A stretch of 64,000 nucleotides of DNA from an uncultured delta proteobacterium (lineage in GTDB: Bacteria > Desulfobacterota > Desulfobacteria > Desulfobacterales > B30-G6): NCBI GenBank assembly GCA_963823335.1, contig CAWGLD010000001.1:1760001-1824000 (forward strand). The letters run 5' to 3'. Under the pieces are notes generated by a model, which made no database searches, had not been told where the DNA came from, and worked only from the letters and a program-made list of their open reading frames with translations. The position numbers and the translations under genes are program-made. Shown piece by piece: positions 61,278-64,000 of this stretch; the stretch's first letter is position 1; each line of letters opens with the position of its first letter.

Positions 61278-62930
61278 ATGTCATTGAAAATCATACCCCT
61301 GGGAGGGTTGGGCGAAATCGGCCTGAACATGATGGTCTACGAATATGACGATGTCATTTTCATCGTCGATAGCGGATTGATGTTTCCGGAAGACTACATG
61401 CTGGGTGTCGATTATGTGATCCCGGACATGGAATATATCCGTACCAACAAGGCCAGGGTGCACGCCATCGTCCTGACCCATGCCCACGAAGATCACATCG
61501 GGGCACTTCCGTTTCTGCTCAGGGAGGTCCAGGTTCCTGTTTATGCGACTGCCTTCACACTCGGGATCGTCCGCAACAAACTGGAGGAGCATGACATCCT
61601 TGCGACAACGGATCTCTACGAGATTTCACCCCGGGACACGCTCAGAATCGGTCCTTTTGAACTTGAGTTCATCAGGGTTTGCCACAGCGTTGTGGATGGT
61701 GTCGGCCTGGCTGTCAAGACACCCGAGGGAACCATTATCCATACCGGTGATTTCAAGATCGACCATACCGCTCAGGACAGCCTGAAAACGGATGTGGGAC
61801 GCTTTGCCCAATGGGGTGAAACCGGTGTTCTGGCATTGTTGTCCGATTCCACAAACGTGGAAAAGGAAGGCTATACGATTTCGGCAAAACAGATCGGAGA
61901 CTCCCTTTCGCGCCTGGCGGACAACTGTTCCGGACGTATTATTGTGGCCCTGTTCGCATCGAATATTACGCGTATACAAAAGGTGGTGAATATCGCGGTA
62001 GGGCTGGACCGAAAAGTGGTTTTCAATGGCAGGAGCATCGAGTTGAGTGTCCGTATAGCCAAGGAACTGGGTTTTTTGAAAGTTCCCCTTGACATGGAGA
62101 TCGCGGTTGATGCCATCGATGACCTTCCGGACAACGAAATTGTAATGATCATGACCGGAAGCCAGGGTGAGCCCATGTCGGCCCTGGCCAGGATGGCTGC
62201 CGGTACGCATAAACAAATCGCCATCAAGCCGGAAGATACGATTTTACTGTCATCGAAATTCATTCCAGGCAACGAAAAGGCCATTACCAATATTATCAAT
62301 AATCTTTATCGTCGGGGCGCGGATGTTATTTACGAAAAAATATCCGCCATTCACGTATCGGGTCACGCATTTCAGGAAGAACTGAAACTCATGATCAATC
62401 TGGTCAAACCCAGGTTTTTTATCCCCATTCACGGCGAGTTCAGACACCTGATCTTGCACAGCCGCCTGGCGCAACAGGTCGGTATTCCCAAAAAGCGCGT
62501 ACTGGTGGCGCAGAATGGCAATGTTATCGAGTTTGCAAAGTACGGTATCTCCGTCAACGAGAACGTCCCTACGGGAAAGGTGCTTGTGGATGGCAAGGGG
62601 ATCGGGGATGTGGGCCGAAGTGTTCTCAAGGAGAGGCATTCCCTTTCAAAGGAAGGGCTGGTAGTTGTGAACATGGCTTTTGACGAGGATACGGGTATCA
62701 TCGTGTATGGGCCGGAAATCGTATCACGCGGGTTTGTTTTCGAAACAGAGACCGGGCATCTCCTGCGTGATGCCCAATGCGTGGTTCTGGAAATCGTGGA
62801 AGAGATCGGTCCGGAAGTGACCAACCGGATCGACAAGATCCGGCATGAGGTTCGAAGATCATTACGGCAATATTTTTTTTATACCATTGGGCGTCGCCCC
62901 GTCATATTGCCCTTTTTTACGGAAATTTAG
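61278..62930 (+). CDS. rnj: ribonuclease J
   Basis: PLGGLGEIG.N, THAHEDH, TGSQGEP, HVSGH. Confidence 0.96.
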   Translation: MSLKIIPLGGLGEIGLNMMVYEYDDVIFIVDSGLMFPEDYMLGVDYVIPDMEYIRTNKARVHAIVLTHAHEDHIGALPFLLREVQVPVYATAFTLGIVRNKLEEHDILATTDLYEISPRDTLRIGPFELEFIRVCHSVVDGVGLAVKTPEGTIIHTGDFKIDHTAQDSLKTDVGRFAQWGETGVLALLSDSTNVEKEGYTISAKQIGDSLSRLADNCSGRIIVALFASNITRIQKVVNIAVGLDRKVVFNGRSIELSVRIAKELGFLKVPLDMEIAVDAIDDLPDNEIVMIMTGSQGEPMSALARMAAGTHKQIAIKPEDTILLSSKFIPGNEKAITNIINNLYRRGADVIYEKISAIHVSGHAFQEELKLMINLVKPRFFIPIHGEFRHLILHSRLAQQVGIPKKRVLVAQNGNVIEFAKYGISVNENVPTGKVLVDGKGIGDVGRSVLKERHSLSKEGLVVVNMAFDEDTGIIVYGPEIVSRGFVFETETGHLLRDAQCVVLEIVEEIGPEVTNRIDKIRHEVRRSLRQYFFYTIGRRPVILPFFTEI

Positions 62931-63070
62931 CGAAAAGGGGCGTTTTGCAAAAGTCTCAATGGTTCTTCAGTGGTAAGTTTTTATTTTGGGCGGATGAACC
63001 TTTTATCCGTTGGAGCGACAAGGTCGCGTCCTATGAAATCGTGTAACGATTTTATTTTGGGTTGAGAATT

Positions 63071-64000
63071 ATGCGTAAAGAAATCATTGGTATTGTGTTG
63101 TTTTTTCTGGTTGTTTTTACCTTGATCAGCCTCTTGAGCTACAGCCCGAATGACCCCTCTATCAACACTGCCCGGGCCGGTGGTCATATCCACAATCTGT
63201 TCGGGGTATTTGGAGCCCACACGGCAGGGATTCTCATCGGTCTGTTTGGTATCGGCTCGTTCTGGTTTCCGGTGCTGCTGCTGCTCATGAGTATCCATTT
63301 TTTCGGCAAGCAGCCTAACAGAATCGTTGTCTATAAGACACTGGGTGGACTGCTTCTCATCATCACCACCGGTAGTCTGCTGGCACTCCACAATGATTCT
63401 GTGGCGATTTTCGGTGGTCGCTTTTCCAGCGGCGGGGTTGTCGGTATTCCCCTGAAATCGTTTCTGGTCAAATATACCAACCCCACCGGTGGCATCATCA
63501 TCCTATTCCTGGTGTGGCTGATCGGGTTTATTCTGACAACCGGTTTCTCGCTCATTCGTTTTGCCCAGTTTATTCACCGGAAGTGGGGGGGGCTTTTCGA
63601 GCGACTGAAAACCCTGCGGATCAAAATGAAGGAACGCAGGCAAAAAGCCAGGAAGCGCACCAAGCTTGTCAGGGAAAAGAAAATGCAACAAGCACCCGAG
63701 GTCACGATCAAGGCCCCTACGCCCAAGCCCATCAAGAAGGTGGCGGTTCCAAAGCAGGAAGTGTTTGAATTCATGCGATCAGACAAGGGATTTCAGCTGC
63801 CTTCGGTCAATTTCCTGGATGACCCGGATACAGTACCGCTTTCTGCGGACAATGAAAATCTGATAATGCAGTCCAAACTTCTCACCAAGAAACTGGAAGA
63901 TTTCGGTGTACACGGGAGCGTGGTAACAGTCACTCCGGGTCCGGTCATCACGACGTTTGAATATGCGCCCGCCCCAGGTGTTAAAATAAACAAAATTGTC
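63071..64000 (+). CDS. ftsK: DNA translocase FtsK (5' part, runs off window)
   Basis: 4TM N-terminal domain, linker, then LEDFGV...PGPVITTFEYAPAPGVKINKI. Confidence 0.92.
   Translation, partial: MRKEIIGIVLFFLVVFTLISLLSYSPNDPSINTARAGGHIHNLFGVFGAHTAGILIGLFGIGSFWFPVLLLLMSIHFFGKQPNRIVVYKTLGGLLLIITTGSLLALHNDSVAIFGGRFSSGGVVGIPLKSFLVKYTNPTGGIIILFLVWLIGFILTTGFSLIRFAQFIHRKWGGLFERLKTLRIKMKERRQKARKRTKLVREKKMQQAPEVTIKAPTPKPIKKVAVPKQEVFEFMRSDKGFQLPSVNFLDDPDTVPLSADNENLIMQSKLLTKKLEDFGVHGSVVTVTPGPVITTFEYAPAPGVKINKIV

Overview
Chromosomal segment of a Desulfobacterales-like deltaproteobacterium (inferred from gene content and repeat families). From about 18.8 kb to the end it is mostly backbone: AOR, beta-oxidation genes, HU/IHF, a giant GlmS-like protein, a PBP, metG, PSP1, holB, a NusG paralog, lptD, surE, yhaM, tmk, a cysteine synthase-CysRS fusion, ferredoxin, a hybrid kinase/HD-GYP/MBL signalling cluster, plsC, rnj and ftsK. 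An AT-rich accessory region (about 1.25-18.7 kb) follows an initiator tRNA-Met. In its first 13 kb, unrelated 1-2 gene modules alternate with a family of 160-245 bp non-coding units. Each unit starts with GATNNATGGAGAGA-N7/8-WTATCA and complete units end in GTTGGAG, giving a TGGAG direct repeat at both ends. This looks like a cassette array whose spacers are not attC sites or CRISPR repeats, and no recombinase is visible in the window. Two UGA-readthrough selenoproteins split or truncated in the ORF track are also predicted: a lipoprotein MsrA and a small Cys-rich protein. All calls come from reading the sequence and motif recall; no searches were run.
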